Assembly (NCBI GenBank): GCA_964016885.1
Contig: OZ024743.1
Span: 326,926,001-326,990,000, forward strand
Origin: Eledone cirrhosa
Lineage: Eukaryota
DNA: 64,000 nt
Direction: 5' to 3'
Part shown: positions 1-14,461 of the stretch, piece after piece
How positions within the stretch are numbered: position 1 is the stretch's first letter
Layout of the letters: every line of letters begins with the position of its first letter
Notes under the pieces: generated by a model
The model's database searches: none
What the model saw: the letters and a program-made list of their open reading frames with translations, nothing else
What the model was told of the DNA's origin: nothing
Translations under genes and position numbers: made by a program

Positions 1-198
1 TCACTATGGTCTCAGACTCACAACGACATCAACCTACTACTACAGACCATTCAGAGGTATACAAACCATTACTCTCTCTCTCTCACTATGGTCTCAGACT
101 CACAACGACATCAACCAACTACTACAGACCATTCAGAGGTATACAAATCATTACTCTCTCTCACTCACTATGGTCTCAGACTCACAACGACGTCAACC
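1..198. repeat. Tandem repeat, 82-bp unit, about 2.4 copies visible (runs off window start)
   Basis: Unit tcactatggtctcagactcacaacgac... starts at 1, 83 and 165. Confidence 0.9.
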
Positions 199-490
199 TT
201 CGCAACTCTTGGTAACTTGTTTTATTGTACTTTTTAATTGAAGTGAAGTAAACCATATATAAACTAAATCTTGTTATAATCATATCTAATAACCACATAT
301 AACAATAACTATTTCTTATTTATACCCTTAAAGTTTCAGGCAGTTTGGTATCATAAGTGTTAATCATAATCGTTACTCATTATCATGAAGGTTGACTTTG
401 CCTTTCATCCTTACGGGGTCGATAAAATAAAGTACCAGTAATACACTGGGTAATTGCTGGCCTTGTGCCAAAAAGTAGAAACAATTATCA

Positions 491-806
491 TGAAGGCACA
501 TGGCTTAGTGGTTAGAGCATTGGCCTTGCAATCGAAAGGTTGTGAGTTCAATTCTCAGACCGAGTGATGTGTTGTTTCCTTGAGCAAGACATTTTATTTC
601 ACATTGCTCCAGTTTACTCAGGGGTCCCTATCATTCCACTGCAAAGTGGTCGTGGAGGTGCTACAGCCAAAAAAGCACCCAGCCCACACTGTAAGGTTGG
701 TGTTAGGAAGGGCATCCAGCTGTAGAAAGCCAGAATCAGTTCCCGTCCCACCCTTGCAAGCAGGGAAAAGTGGATGTAAAATGATGATGATGATGATGAT
801 GATGAT
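491..806 (+). mobile_element. tRNA-derived CORE-type SINE with RTE-derived 3' tail
   Basis: A-box-like tggcttagtgg, B-box-like gagttcaattc, CORE-like ccttgagcaagaca...ttcacattgctccagt, tail ending (gat)n; near-identical copy on - at 39604..39951. Confidence 0.8.
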
Positions 807-1205
807 AGACAATACCATGACCTAGTTCATCAGCATCATAATTACCATAATCATAATCACCATCATTATTATCATCACCAATTTGGAATTAGTTCTGTGG
901 GTTTTTTTATCCACATGGGTATGTATTGTATAGATATTGATTTTACATGTTGTTGTTTATCTCCAAGCTCAACCTTGATTAAGCAGATCCATGATCTAAA
1001 GCAAAGGTTCTCAACGGGGGGTATATGCACCCCCAAGGGGCGTTTCGGAAATCCAGGGGGAGGTTTCGGAGCAAGGGGGCATTAGGGGGGCGTTTGGAGC
1101 TTTGGAGTGCACTGGAAGGCTCTTTACTTTGGTAGGTTTTATAAGCCATATTTGTATGTCTTTGAGACAGCCAGTGTGAATGCATTTGAATCAGCATGCA
1201 GACAG

Positions 1206-1555
1206 CACACACATCTAGGACCACATACAACACATAAGTAGGTAATACACACATCTAGGACTACATGCAACACATAAGGAGGTAGCACACACATCTAGGA
1301 TCACATACAACACACAGGCAAGTAATACATACATTTAGGACCTCATACAACACATAAGCAGGTAATATAAACATCTAGGACCGCATACAACACATAATCA
1401 AGTAATACAAACATCTAGGACCACATACAACACATAATCAGGTAATACATACATCTAGGACCACATGCAATACATAAGCAGGTAATGCATACATCTAGGA
1501 CTACCTACAACACACAGGCAGGTAATACATACATCTAGGACCAAATACAACACAC
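1206..1555. repeat. 40-bp minisatellite, about 9 copies, inside the hAT element
   Basis: acatctagga (one variant acatttagga) recurs at 1211, 1251, 1291 ... 1531, exactly 40 bp apart. Confidence 0.95.
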
Positions 1556-1558
1556 ATT

Positions 1559-2611
1559 GTATCATGTGGTACGGACGACGCTAGAGCAATGGTCGGCCAA
1601 CATAAGGGTTTCGTCACTCTTCTGAAGAGAGAAAATCTAACTGTATTTGTTGTTCATTGTGTCATTCATCGACAACACTTGGCTGTGAAGAAACTCAGCA
1701 AGCCACTGAGCAAGTCCTTGCAGGTAGCCCTTGATGTCATCAATTTTATCAAACGGCATTTCCTCAATGAACGAATTTTCCGGCAACTGTGCCAAGATAA
1801 TGACGAAGAATTCATCAAGTTGCTCCTTCATAATGAAGTGAGGTGGCTTTCAAAGGGCAAGTGCCTTACTCACTTCTTTGAACTGTTTGACTCTATCATT
1901 GAGTTTCTGCGAGGACGCAACACAGAACTGTACAAGAAAACCCTCGATGTGAGGCAAGACTGTGCCTACCTCACCAACATCGTCGACAAATGCAATAGCG
2001 TCATTTTGGCTTTGCAGAGGAAGAAGATCACCTTGCTTAAAGCAAGGAATGCTGTGAAAACATTCCTGGCCAAATTGAATGTCATCGAAAGGAATCTTTG
2101 TTGACGGGAATTCTATAATTTTCCTAGTGTCGCCAATGTTCAAAACATTGTAAGCGATGACCAACTCCAAATTTATACCGCTCACCTCTGTGCGCTACAA
2201 GACAACATGAGAGAACGGTTTGTCGACCTTTTGCCGATGGACATCCCAATGTGGGTAGCAGATCCCTTCACAGCTAACGTCGATGATTTGGACGTTATAT
2301 TTCAGGAAGAAATACAGCAGATGACATGATCAAAGTTAGATTTCCCAAAATAGGTGAACCCCTTTTTTTGATGCAAGAGGAAATTCAGCGTCGATTTCCA
2401 CACCTACATGCAGAGGCTAAGAGATTTGCTCTGCCTTTTCCAAGCTCATACTTAGTCAAGAGGAAGTTTGGTGCTGTTTCCAGATTGCACAGTAAGGCTC
2501 GCAACCGCTACAATGTAATTACATGTGGAGATCTCCGGCTACATCTTACGAAAAATCCAGCCTGACGTCAAAGAGTTAGCTAGACTCCATAAATTTCAAG
2601 GGTCCCATTGA
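1559..2611 (+). pseudogene. Disrupted hAT/Buster transposase (C-terminal portion)
   Basis: Motifs TDDARAMVG, HCVIHRQHLA, EVRWLSKG, PFPSSYLV, GDLRLHLT and terminal QGSH*; in-frame stop at 2102..2104, later frameshifts, N-terminus missing. Confidence 0.9.
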
Positions 2612-3345
2612 AATGAGGTCAAAGTTAAAGTAAGTTGATTTATCCGAAAACTTAGATATGCTATTGTTACAAAGCAAACTAACAATTTTTTTTTATTTGT
2701 AGTTGCAGTCTGACTGGACTGGAAACCATCTATTACAATTCACTTACTCATTTGTTGTATATATTTTACCATTTACTAATAAATATACCCTCCCGCGTGG
2801 TCATGAAAACCCTCTTCCGTGGTCTCTAAGCTAACACAGCAGAGGGGACATCAAGTTAGATATCAACATTTATTCTGTCTGTTTCATTAAAGGCAAAATT
2901 GGAAAGCTTTGAAATGATATAATTGCCACTTTCTTCCAGATAAGAGCACTCTTTGGATAGACAGAGTTGCTCTTGTATAAATGTTCAAAATAGTTAGTAT
3001 CGCCTGGTGGGAATATAACAAATTCAACTGGTCCTTATTCATAAAATAAAACATTTATGTTCCTTTTTTTTTAATTTATATATTTCCTTTCAAGGAATGT
3101 ATTTATACTCTCAGCTGCCTGCAATGGTATCTTTGGAATATTGTTAATCAATTTTTTTAGTAATCTACAGATATCAAAATCAGTAGTATATTGAAAAATG
3201 GAAAAATAGGGTAGGGGGCGTTTCGTGATTTCGAGGGACAAAAGGGGGCGTTTGGCCTAAATGGGTTGAGAACCTGTGATCTAAAGGATTCCAACCATGA
3301 CTATCCTATCTTTTTGTATGTATAGAACTACTGGGGTCAAGGTGG

Positions 3346-5203
3346 TGTAGGAAGAGTTGCCTCCCTTGTTATGACAATCACATCAACCGCTCTCTAGACA
3401 GGAAGTAGCTGGAGTTACTTCCCGTTGGGGTGGCAGAACCCTTTTTGTCACTTCCGTCTTGGACCCTATAAAAGGGATACTCAGAGCGATCTCTCTCTCA
3501 TTTGCCTTTCGGCTCCTGGCCTTCTAACTTGCCTGGCCCTTCGGCCAGGCGCGTTCGACTGGCAACCCTAACATGGCCTCTTGCGAGCTAACTTCAAAAC
3601 GGTAACAAATAACTTTACTTCATTCTTTCATCTACTACTCATTGACATGTCAACTATACTGTTCTACATAACTGCAACTTGTTAATTAAACATTATATAC
3701 AACATTTCGAATACGCAGCAAGCTTTATTAACAAACTAGGAAAATACGCATACACAGAAACGAACACACGCACATGTGAAATTCTCGTTCAGACAGACTC
3801 CTATGTGTCGTACATCAACTAAGTGTCGCATTTCACTGGATGTATATATATGTTTTTCGTTTCTTCTTACAACGAACATTTAAAAAAAAAAAAAGAAATT
3901 TGATATTTTTTTTTTTACACATTTCAACATGAACATTTACTTTCACTGAATTGAACTCGCCATATTTGTTATACCAAGTGAAGCCTTTCTTTCTGTTTCA
4001 TCATATTATCGCGTTCACACAAGAGTTTTTCAAAATGGCTGCCAACAACCTTGTTTAGGCACGTGTGGGCAGCACACATCTCGACTCACTGAGATACCAC
4101 ATGGTTTCTTGCCAAGGATTCTCCAGCCTTAAGCTATATTCTCCTATTTGCCGGTTTAAAAATTTACCACATAAATTTGCCGATGAAAACTGCGCATTTA
4201 TTCAGAATGCTTATTTCTTTGGTCGCTGGCCTCTTGACCCTTCCAGGTCAACGCATTCTCAACATCGACCATCAACTTTGGCTGTTATTTCTAGCACTTT
4301 GCGCAACTCATTTTTTCTGGGAAAATTTTTACTGTGAATTTAAACATCGAATACGCTCACTCCGCGAGACAACAACATCAACAGCAACACAGCTTCATCA
4401 ACAACCAAAACCAGAAGAACAAGCCAGAGAATTTATTTTTGCAGCACTCTTCCTGTGAGAAAATCCATTCGGAGGTTGGAAATTTCACGTTATACCACAG
4501 ACCAGAAACCACCTGTATTCATTCTCTGGAACACACTTTCTTTCCTGCTGTCATGTGATTGCACACGTGTGAACTGTATTTGGAACATTTGAACTTTGAC
4601 CTCTTCTTTTACTTTGATTACATTGTATCTTTGAGTGACGGATAGATAGATGTCCAGTCGCTCTCTGGCCAAGAGCGGTTGGCTACCTTGATATCCATCA
4701 TTGATTTTTGCATGCATATATTTTGCTGTTTTCCTTTTATTGGAAACATTATTTTTTTCGTAATTTTCATGCTTGTTACATGCTCGCCATCTTACTCCAT
4801 ACATGTTTCATTCGATTTTCATGTTTTAAAAATCTGGCGGTGGATAATGTAGCAAGAGTTGCCTCCCTTGTTATGACAATCACATCAACCGCTCTCTAGA
4901 CAGGAAGTAGCTGGAGTTACTTCCCGTTGGGGTGGCAGAACCCTTTTTGTCACTTCCGTCTTGGACCCTATAAAAGGGATACTCAGAGCGATCTCTCTCT
5001 CATTTGCCTTTCGGCTCCTGGCCTTCTAACCTGCCTGGCCCTTCGGCCAGGCGCGTTCGACTGGCAACCTTAACATGGCCTCTTGCGAGCTAACTTCAAA
5101 ACGGTAACAAATAACTTTACTTCATTCTTTCATCTACTACTCATTGACATGTCAACTATACTGTTCTACATAACTGCAACTTGTTAATTAAACATTATAT
5201 ACA
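3346..5203 (+). mobile_element. Non-autonomous LTR-like element (TRIM-like): two 356-bp direct repeats around a 1.15-kb non-coding core
   Basis: 3346..3701 and 4848..5203 both run TG...CA and differ at about 3 positions by eye; each has tataaaa and attaaa; no recognisable gag/pol, PBS or TSD. Confidence 0.75.
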
Positions 5204-5383
5204 CAACCTAGTGTCTTGTTATATTCATACACGCCAGTATTTTGTTATAGTGGCTATAAGATGTGATTTGATGAAAATTTGGTAGTTATTTCTAGCACAT
5301 TCAGTAACCATATAGAAACATTCTCTGCTGTTTTCTAAGTTAGAGTGGGCCAAGATATACTGCTCAACACACCTGAGAGATTC

Positions 5384-5616
5384 ATCATCATCATCATCAT
5401 CTTCGTTTAACGTCCGTTTTCCACGCTAGCATGGATTAGACGGGAGTTGTCCCACTTGAGGCAAGGTTGGTCGGGTGACCGTGTCTCGCTCATATAGGAC
5501 TATCTGGCAGTTTTCTACAGCTGGATGCCCTTCCTAACACCAACCACATTTACAGTGTGGAACTGGGAACTTTTTACCGTGTTACCTACACGACCACATT
5601 ACAGCGTGGACTGTGT
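5384..5616 (-). mobile_element. RTE LINE 3' end fragment
   Basis: (cat)n tail followed by the same 3'UTR motifs (ctggatgcccttcctaacaccaaccacatttacag) as the RTE copies at 43515 and 61155..64000. Confidence 0.75.
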
Positions 5617-5789
5617 GTTTTTTTTTTTTTTGTAAAAAACTATAGCTAGATGTTCTGAGTGAAAGAGTAGGCTGAGATAGATGAGAGGGAGCTGAAAAGT
5701 TCCTGGCTTTGGGTGAAAGAAAATACATGAGGATCAGTTAATTATGATTTTCTTCAACATATTCCCCTCTCAGATTCACACACTTGTTG

Positions 5790-5840
5790 ATCCCGTTAAA
5801 GGTGAAAGCAGCGATTCTTTGCTTAAATTTTAATCTGTTA

Positions 5841-5908
<68 letters not shown>

Positions 5909-6054
5909 TATATTCGTGTACAGATCTTTTTGCATACGCAATAACAAAATATAAACAAACGTATTTATTTCACGAGGCTCGATAAGGATAAATATATATC
6001 AAATATATAAGAACCCTAGAGCAAATCCCGAGCAACGCCAGGCCATTCTGCTAG
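5790..6054 (+). mobile_element. Possible non-autonomous Helitron (3' terminus)
   Basis: cccgagcaacgccaggccattctgCTAG-t resembles a Helitron subterminal hairpin plus CTAG; a similar end occurs near 16220..16248. The 5' boundary is uncertain. Confidence 0.45.
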
Positions 6055-6569
6055 TCATATTTATTTGGCTGTTAAATTTTTATTTGCTCCACAAATTAAA
6101 ATTTAACACCAAAAGACGATAATAGCCTTGATGAAATTGGAAAAGGAGAGCCGTTGCAAATGGGTACTCAATATAAATATAATAAAGTCCCAGTCGGGGC
6201 GAAACGAGACGATCCTTTTGTAATAAATGCTAGGAAGTGAATCTCTTACCCATTCCGTCATGCTGAGACCACACAACTTTCACGAAAGTGAAAGTGAAGC
6301 GCTATAAACGGAGATGGTCTTCCTATATAAAGAATAGGTAGAGAATATTATGAGAACGAAAACAAAATCACGGAAAATGTCTTAGTTAACTCGAATGACA
6401 GTGTTAAGTGAGTAACAGTAACACAACATAGTTTATAACAGGCGTATATGAAAGCATATACAATATAAATATATGTATATTAAACATAGATAAGACTCGT
6501 TATGAGTATTCCCAGCTGTGATCATGTCACAGATACATCGATAGGTATGTGAGAGAAGTCCAGTGTTTA

Positions 6570-6880
<311 letters not shown>

Positions 6881-6900
6881 TAAAGGAACGACACACACAC

Positions 6901-6957
<57 letters not shown>

Positions 6958-6973
6958 CAGTACTTACATACAA

Positions 6974-7005
<32 letters not shown>

Positions 7006-9324
7006 TTATTTAAAAGTTAAACAAGGTTCAATAAATACATCAAAGAATGAGGTACTTAACTCAGTACCTCTGAAATATGTATAATAAAATATAATTGATC
7101 ACAAGAATATCTATTTTGTTAATATTTTGAATTAATATTATATATATATATGCATTCGTATAAAAATACAGTGTATGCATATACATTCATACATACTAAC
7201 ACGTCTTTCATTTGTTACAAGATATCCCACTCTCTTATTTTGCTTAGCTGGTCAGTTGTCACTTGTAACTGGTAATTAATGTGTTCTGATGGGGAAAACA
7301 GGCATTTGTTGTATCAGATTTTTTCCTCAAATTATCCGAAACAATTACAATTTAACTTCGTTTGTATGTAATGAATATGTAGATATACACAGTACTAAAA
7401 AAGAAAAAAGGTGGGGCGAATAACAAGGCAGAAATAGTATTACAATCTTCACCGAAGCGACACTGCTAGACATAAGACCAGCAGGGTGGAGAAACAAGTT
7501 ATATTGGCCCCAGTACTTAAATGATACTTTATTTTATCAACCTCGGAAGGATGAATACAAAGTTGACTTCGGTGGGATTTGAACTCAGAACGTAAAGTGC
7601 CAGAACAAATACTGCTAAATATTTGACCGACCCTTTTCTAATAATGACACAAGGCTAAACACACTTTAAGAGATGGTTTTTATAATGGGCTAGAACAGTA
7701 TTTTACTGGTATTTATTTTGTCAATCCTAGATTAAATAACATAGTTATCAACTTGAGAGACCTAGCTACCGTTTTGGAATCATATCCACCTCCTTCGCGA
7801 TTGTTATTCATTGCTTATGATGTAATAATAAATCTCACTCATTTCTTCATTATTTACATCTGCAGTATTAATTAATACCACTTTTATTATTTTACTGGTT
7901 TCAATTATTCGACTGTTGACATTGTGGGTCACCACCTTCATTTTCTATCACATCGACCCCAGTACTCAATTTTTCAAAATTTGGTCCTTATTTTATCGAT
8001 CCATATTTTGTCGAACCGCTATGTCACGCGACTTAAACTCCTGCACTCTCACGAAGTGCTTCTGCAGTTTCTATCTACCAAATTCCATTCACAAGGCATT
8101 GGTCGATCCGGGGCTATAGCAGAAGACACCATGCAGTGGGACTGAACCCAGAACCACACCTGAACTTCTTAACCACACAGCTGTACCTACGCTTATAATT
8201 TAATAATAAATATCGCTAATTCCTTGATTATCTGCTTCTACATTATTAACTGATACTATTTTTTAATCTTAGTAATTTAATCCTGAACTGAATAGAAAGT
8301 CTGCAATAAATTAAACATATTTTGTAAGAAGCATTGGAAAAATCTGAAATGTAGTCATCCTAACAGTAGCTCACTCTAAAGAATTGTGAACATCGGGTAA
8401 AGTACTCTGCTCACCATTTGTTTCGTCTCCACCGAATACCCAATTTTCTTAACTATTATAGCAATTTCAAATTCATATTTGGATTTCTTCACAGAAAAAA
8501 TACTATTACAAATGTAGTAGTAAATGTCAAAAATAATAGAATAAAACAAGAAATATTAACTTTAAGTCAATGTTAACATATTTGATAAATAGGACATTAA
8601 AAAGTTAACTTAAAATAAATATGAGAAAATAACGATTTTATTCATACTGATGATTTTAAAAAACAAAAAAAAACATTTTAATGTATAACCGACATAGCTA
8701 TGTGTTCGAACACTTAATCTCTGCACATGTTTTGGTATTTGTTATCTTTTAGTTCCATAATATATTCATTAGTTCATTTTACTAACAACAGTTTAAGTAG
8801 AATTAGATAAAAAAAAATACTAATCAAAGTCGTATAGTGTGGGTGTAAAAGTAGCAATTGGTTACATTTTATGTTGTTCGAATTGTCAAATCTTTTATGC
8901 CATTTAACTCTTAACAGCCTGTAGTCTAGTTGAAAATATTGAAAAATTGGTATGTTAATTCAAATGTTTATAGTATATTTACTATTGGACAGATCGTTGT
9001 GAAAATTAGCAACTTTAAAATAAAGATTTAATTTTTAATGTAATGCAGTCACTGCTGTTGTGATATAGGATATTAAAAGTTGGAGAAAGTTAAAGGCATA
9101 TATAGTGTTTGTGTGGACTTGTTTTCCATGAAAGTGGATGTATCATTTACAATAGTTTAGGTTGCTACAATTATGTAAATGTTGCTTTCATATGTAAATG
9201 CAAGCCTGAGAGAATCTCAATGGTACAATATTCACATAAAATGAAAAGAAGCATATACAACTGTTTTAGTTCCATGTGCAGTAAGTAGCAAGAGCCTACA
9301 GAATACTAGCTCCTTTAAATGCAC

Positions 9325-10335
9325 AGAGGGCTCTGTATAAATAGTCAACAGTTTCTGTTACCTGGGGAGCCAAATTAGCAGTGAAGGAGGGTGTTCCAAA
9401 AGTAAGAACGGGATGGGGAAAGTTCAGAGAGCTTCTACTGCTGCTAGCTACAAAAGGTTTTTCCCTCTAAATGAGGGGCAGATTGTATGATGCATGTATA
9501 TGAACAGCAATGTTGCTTGGTAATGAGACTTGGGTGCAGAGGACTTACAAAGATTGGAAAGAAATGAAACCTACATGCTCCGATGGATGAATAATAGTAA
9601 TATACATGAATGGCAAAGCGTAAATGAACTGAGAGAGAAACAATTGACTACATAAGAAGGATCAGATGCAGTGTGCAGGAGAGAAGATGGCATTAATATG
9701 GCCATGTGATGAATATGAAGGATGACAGCTGTATAAAAAGGTGCAAGGTGATCTAAGTTGATGGAAGCTATAGAGTAGGATGAGGAATGAGGTGATAAAA
9801 GCTGACCTTGCACAATTGCTCCTCTCAAAGGCAATGACACAGGATTGAGATCTCTGGTGTTATGTAGTAATACTTGCCTTGAAATGTGCATGGATTGAAG
9901 CATACATTTAGTATGCACCACTTAACCCTTATCCTCCCTTCCCCATGCCCTAACACTCCACCCACATCCTAATCGGCCTACCCTTCTCCCATGCCTTTAC
10001 AACCCCCTGCCCCTAGTCATCAGTTCACACTGTAAAGTGCTTGTTTTGGTGCCACAAAAAGTGCTCACTAACACTGTAAAGTGGTCATGTTGGTATCATG
10101 ACAAAAAGCACTCAGCCCACATTGTAAAGTGGTCATTACAGTGCCACGATAAAAGGCACCCAGTCCACACTGTAAATGTGGTTAGCATTAGGAAAGGCAT
10201 CCAGCTGTAGAAACCCAGCCAGAAACAGTTCTGTATGAGCAAGACCCAGTCACCTGACCTGACTTGCCACAAATGAAACAACCCATTTAATCCATGCTAG
10301 CATGGAAAATAGATGTTAAACGATAAGGATGATAA
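9325..10335 (+). mobile_element. Old degenerate RTE LINE 3' part in ZFPL1 intron 1
   Basis: Decayed colinear similarity to 42395..43300 (EGSV..VNSFCYLG, gcagattgtatgatgc, aggcatccagctgtagaa); many stops and indels. Confidence 0.8.
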
Positions 10336-10354
10336 TGAGCAGACTTATATTTAA

Positions 10355-10552
10355 CCCTTTAGCATTTAAATCGGCCGTATATGGCAAGAATTCTTTCACC
10401 TCTTTCTGTTCAAACTGGCTGTAACTGGCCCCTCATACAGACTTTAAAGTATTGTTCTCCAAATAAATAATAACAAAGTCTCATTCGATATTATGTGAGG
10501 TAAAGCCTTTACCGTGAAAATATAGTAGTATATATAGAGTAATGCTAAAGGG
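10355..10552. mobile_element. piggyBac-type MITE
   Basis: TIRs ccctttagcatt / aatgctaaaggg flanked by TTAA on both sides; second copy at 17284..17467. Confidence 0.8.
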
Positions 10553-10824
10553 TTAACATTTTAGATATTTTCTGCTAAATCATTACAGTATGTTAAGAAT
10601 TAAGAAATTTGATACTGTGATGTTTGACAATGAATGTTGTAAATCAACAAATCAAATTTCACAACAGTGTTTTCAAGGCATGAATGAAATGACTATCATT
10701 TTAAGAAATGAAGTTTTTTTATGCTTTATACCAACTTTTCTATGCTAGTATGGTTGACATAACTGAAGAAAGTTATTTCATTCTGATGTAATTTTTTTAT
10801 ATTGTTTTCATTATATCTTTCTAG

Positions 10825-10945
10825 TGCATTGTCCAGTCTTATTTACAATGGTTGCAAGACAGTGACTACAATCCACTCTGTACACTTTGTAATAAAGGTT
10901 TAGCTGAAGATGACTCTGGTGATTGTGTTAGATTAGTCTGTTATG
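10825..10945 (+). CDS. ZFPL1: ZFPL1 coding exon 2
   Basis: tttctag acceptor; [40 protein letters not shown]; gtatgt donor (phase 1). Confidence 0.97.
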
Positions 10946-13900
10946 GTATGTATAAAGTATTTTATATTTTCTGTTAAACTATTTCATTAGTCAATTGATC
11001 AAACTGAACACATTTCTTCCATAATCCCAATTTACATGAAATTGTATGAAACACCAGGCAGCAGGATAACCCCAAATGATTCATCACCATCATCTGTTTA
11101 TTTGTCTTTTTTTCATATTTGCATGGATTAGACAGGTTGTTGACCCTCTCTAGCTCATGTATTTCATTTTCGATTTGGTTTTCTATGGCTGGATGCCTTT
11201 CTTAATAACCACTTTACAGCATGTACTGGGAGCATTTTATTGTGGCACTAGCACGACCATCTTATAGGGTAGACAAGGTGTTTTTTATTGTCATCAACAT
11301 TACTACCTTACGTAGTAAATTGAGTCTTTTTTTATTAAGGCACCAAAACTACCACTATGTATATTTTACGATGGCACTAGCACTTTAGAGGGTGTATTGG
11401 GTATGTTTATCATGGCACCAACACTGCCATCTTACAAAGTATACTGGATGCTTTACATTGTGGCACCAGCATTACCACTTTACAGAATGGACTGAGTGTT
11501 TTTCACTGTTGATAGCAAATTTATATAAGTAATATATGCTATTGTTTAGCACTAGGTCAAGCCTAATTAGTCAGACATTTGATCAAAAGCATTCCAGCAG
11601 TGACCATCCTCTCATTTTAGGAGTATCTGAGACTGCATTATCTAATGCTTCCTTATTTAAGATAGTAGGATGTGACTTGAGGGAGATTTGACTGCTATTT
11701 GTAGAGTAACCATGTAGAAGTTCATTGGTTCATTTAAAATATATGTAGTCAGTAATCCTTCAGAATAATATTGGGGTTATATTTCCAAGTAGTTTTTATT
11801 TTAATTATCTGACTGCAAATGTAACAATTGTTTTTAGGACTTATTAGTTACAACGCATCCAGTCTGCAGATGGATGCATAAAACATATAAACAAGCTGTA
11901 GTGGATAATTGAAGTGCTGTCAGTTGTGAAACTTGTTAAATATTATTCTACAAGACAATGTTTTATCCATATAAATAAATGTTTGTTAAATATAAACATA
12001 CATTTGTTGTTGGACCTCCTTCAGTTCCGATGACAAGTATACCATTTTGAACAACTGGTTGATCTGTTCATAAAATTTACATGTAAGTGGCTGAGTATTC
12101 CACAGACATGTACCCTTAAATATAGTTTCTGGGGAGATTCAGCTTGACACATTGTGTAACAAGATTGGCCTTTTAAATTACAGATACAACTCATTTTTGT
12201 CGGCTTCGTGAACTGAAACAATATGAAATAAAGTGTCTTGCTCAAGGATACAATGAGTCTCCAGGGATTGAATTCATGACCTTACAATAACCATACTCTA
12301 GCCATTCACCTTCACAAACATACATTTATAACATTAAACATTCACATACTGAAACTACTTTATCATGTTACATGGCAATTAGGATAATTCTAATTTATCA
12401 GATCTATACTAGTAAATCATGTGGTAATTTTGAAACAAGTTATTGTGAAGTGAACTGTTTAACTATTTGACTATTCTGCACCCACAGCCAAGGACTAAGT
12501 AGTGATGTTCAATTGGCCAGCTGATCACCCATGAACTCAGAATGGAAAGAGCTGGAACTGAGAGTCTTTGACAATTCTACCATTCTTCCAGCCTGGACTT
12601 TATTTCACCTACCCCAAAAGATGATGATGATGTGTCAACCAAATGTTAACTGCATTACTTTTGATGGTGAGAGTGATGTGAAGTTGTTTAACATGGCAGA
12701 AAAAATACAACACAGGGTTTACATCTGTCAGTATTAACATTGCATTGGACCTTCGTCAATTCCAATGATGAATATTCCAGACAATTCAATCAACAGAATG
12801 ACTTGCTCGTGAAATTAATGTGCAGGTAGCTGAGTCTTCCACAGACACGTGTAGCCTTAACATAGTTCACAGGGATATTCAACATGACAGTGTGTGACAA
12901 AGCTGTTGCTTTGAATTACAGGTGCAACTTATTTTTTTCCAGGTTAGTCAGCCGGAGTGATGTGAAATAAAATGTCTTGCTCAAGGACAACGTGTTGTCC
13001 TGTCCAAGACTCAAACTATGATCATGAGCCCAAAATTCTGACCACTAAGCCACAATATCATCATTATGATTTGTATGTCTGCTTTTCCTTGCTGGCATAG
13101 GCTGCATGCAACTTTTTGAGGTAATGTTTTACAGTCAGATGCCTTTCCTGATGCCAAGTGTTTTCAGTTACCTGTCACAACATGCAGGGATCACACACAC
13201 ACATGTATATATGCCAAACAAAGAGTTGGGAGGACACTCAGTTGTGTCAAAGACATGACACCTCTCCTGTGCACTTGGTAGAATGTGAGACTACATAAGC
13301 AAGATACAGATCCCTGGCCTGTCTGGGAGGTCAGTAGCCCCAATTCAGTACTGACTTAGTCTATTTAGACCCGTCTAACCCTTGCTAGCAGGGAAAGCGA
13401 ATGTTAAAACGATGATGTTATACATATATATGCACGCATGCACACACACATACACACACAAAAGACCTCTGTGCAATTTCCATCTACAAAATTGCACCTA
13501 CAATACATTGATGAATCCAAGGTTATGGTTGAAGACACTTACCCAAGGTGCTGCACGGTGGAATCAAACCCAGAACTATGTACTTGCAAAACAAACTTCT
13601 TAACCACACAACCACATCTGCATCTACATAGTCATTTCTAAATTTCTTAGCGTGTTGTCTATTAATGTCAACAATATACTTTTAACCCCCCTCATTACCA
13701 TATTTCTAATGAAAAACATTGCCTATAATTTTTAAATAATTTTGAAAATAAAGAATTTGGAGACATTTTACCTGTATAACTTTTTAATTGATACATTGGA
13801 ATATAATAGTGGTTCTTACATAAAATTATAAAGGAATGATTTTAGATAAATATAAACACTTTAAAATGAACAGTTTTGTATTGTAGAGCCAAGTGCAGTT

Positions 13901-14461
13901 TCGGGCAGTTTGGTATCAAAAGGGCTTACCACACAGCCACGTCTGCATCCACACAGTCATTTGTAAATTTATTAGACTGTAGTCTATAAATGTCAGTCAT
14001 CATCACTATTTTCTATGCTTAGCTAGACTAGTCAGGTGACCCCATCTTGCTCATGCATTTCATTTTTGTCTTGGTTTCTATAATCGGATGACCTTCCTAT
14101 TCCAAACACTTTACAGCGTGTACTGGGAGCATTTTATTGACTCTAACACTACCACTTTACAGGGTGAATTGGATGCTTTATATCATGGCACCAACACTGC
14201 CACTTTACAGAGTATACTGGGAGCATTTTATTGTGAAACCAGCACTAATACTTTATAGGATGAACTGGGAACATTTTATTAGGACACCAGAACTACCACT
14301 ATACATGCTGGGCTGGGTGCATTTTATCATTGGCGCCAGCATTACTTCAATACAACTGACGTATTTTTAATGTTGGTATTTTTCAATTTTGCTTTTGTTA
14401 TACAATTTTATGTAAAATAATTGACATGCATGAAACAGCTTTTTGTTGATTATATTTTCAG

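Larger units (their letters stand above)
1002..3278 (+). mobile_element. hAT (Buster/Charlie-type) DNA transposon, internally deleted
   Basis: 14-bp TIRs caaaggttctcaac / gttgagaacctgtg (1 mismatch); perfect 8-bp TSD atctaaag at 994..1001 and 3279..3286 with the central TA typical of Buster elements. Confidence 0.93.

Noticed and set aside
491-570. tRNA-like sequences here and at 39880..39951 and 22880..22972
   Set aside because: They continue into SINE bodies and lack a complete cloverleaf; they are SINE heads.
4177-4458. Weak tyrosine-recombinase-like stretch LLTLPGQRI in the LTR-like core
   Set aside because: No other catalytic motifs are visible; consistent with chance.
6250-6261. MTEW resembles the vertebrate RPS5 N-terminus
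   Set aside because: Four residues are not evidence and no further exon was found.
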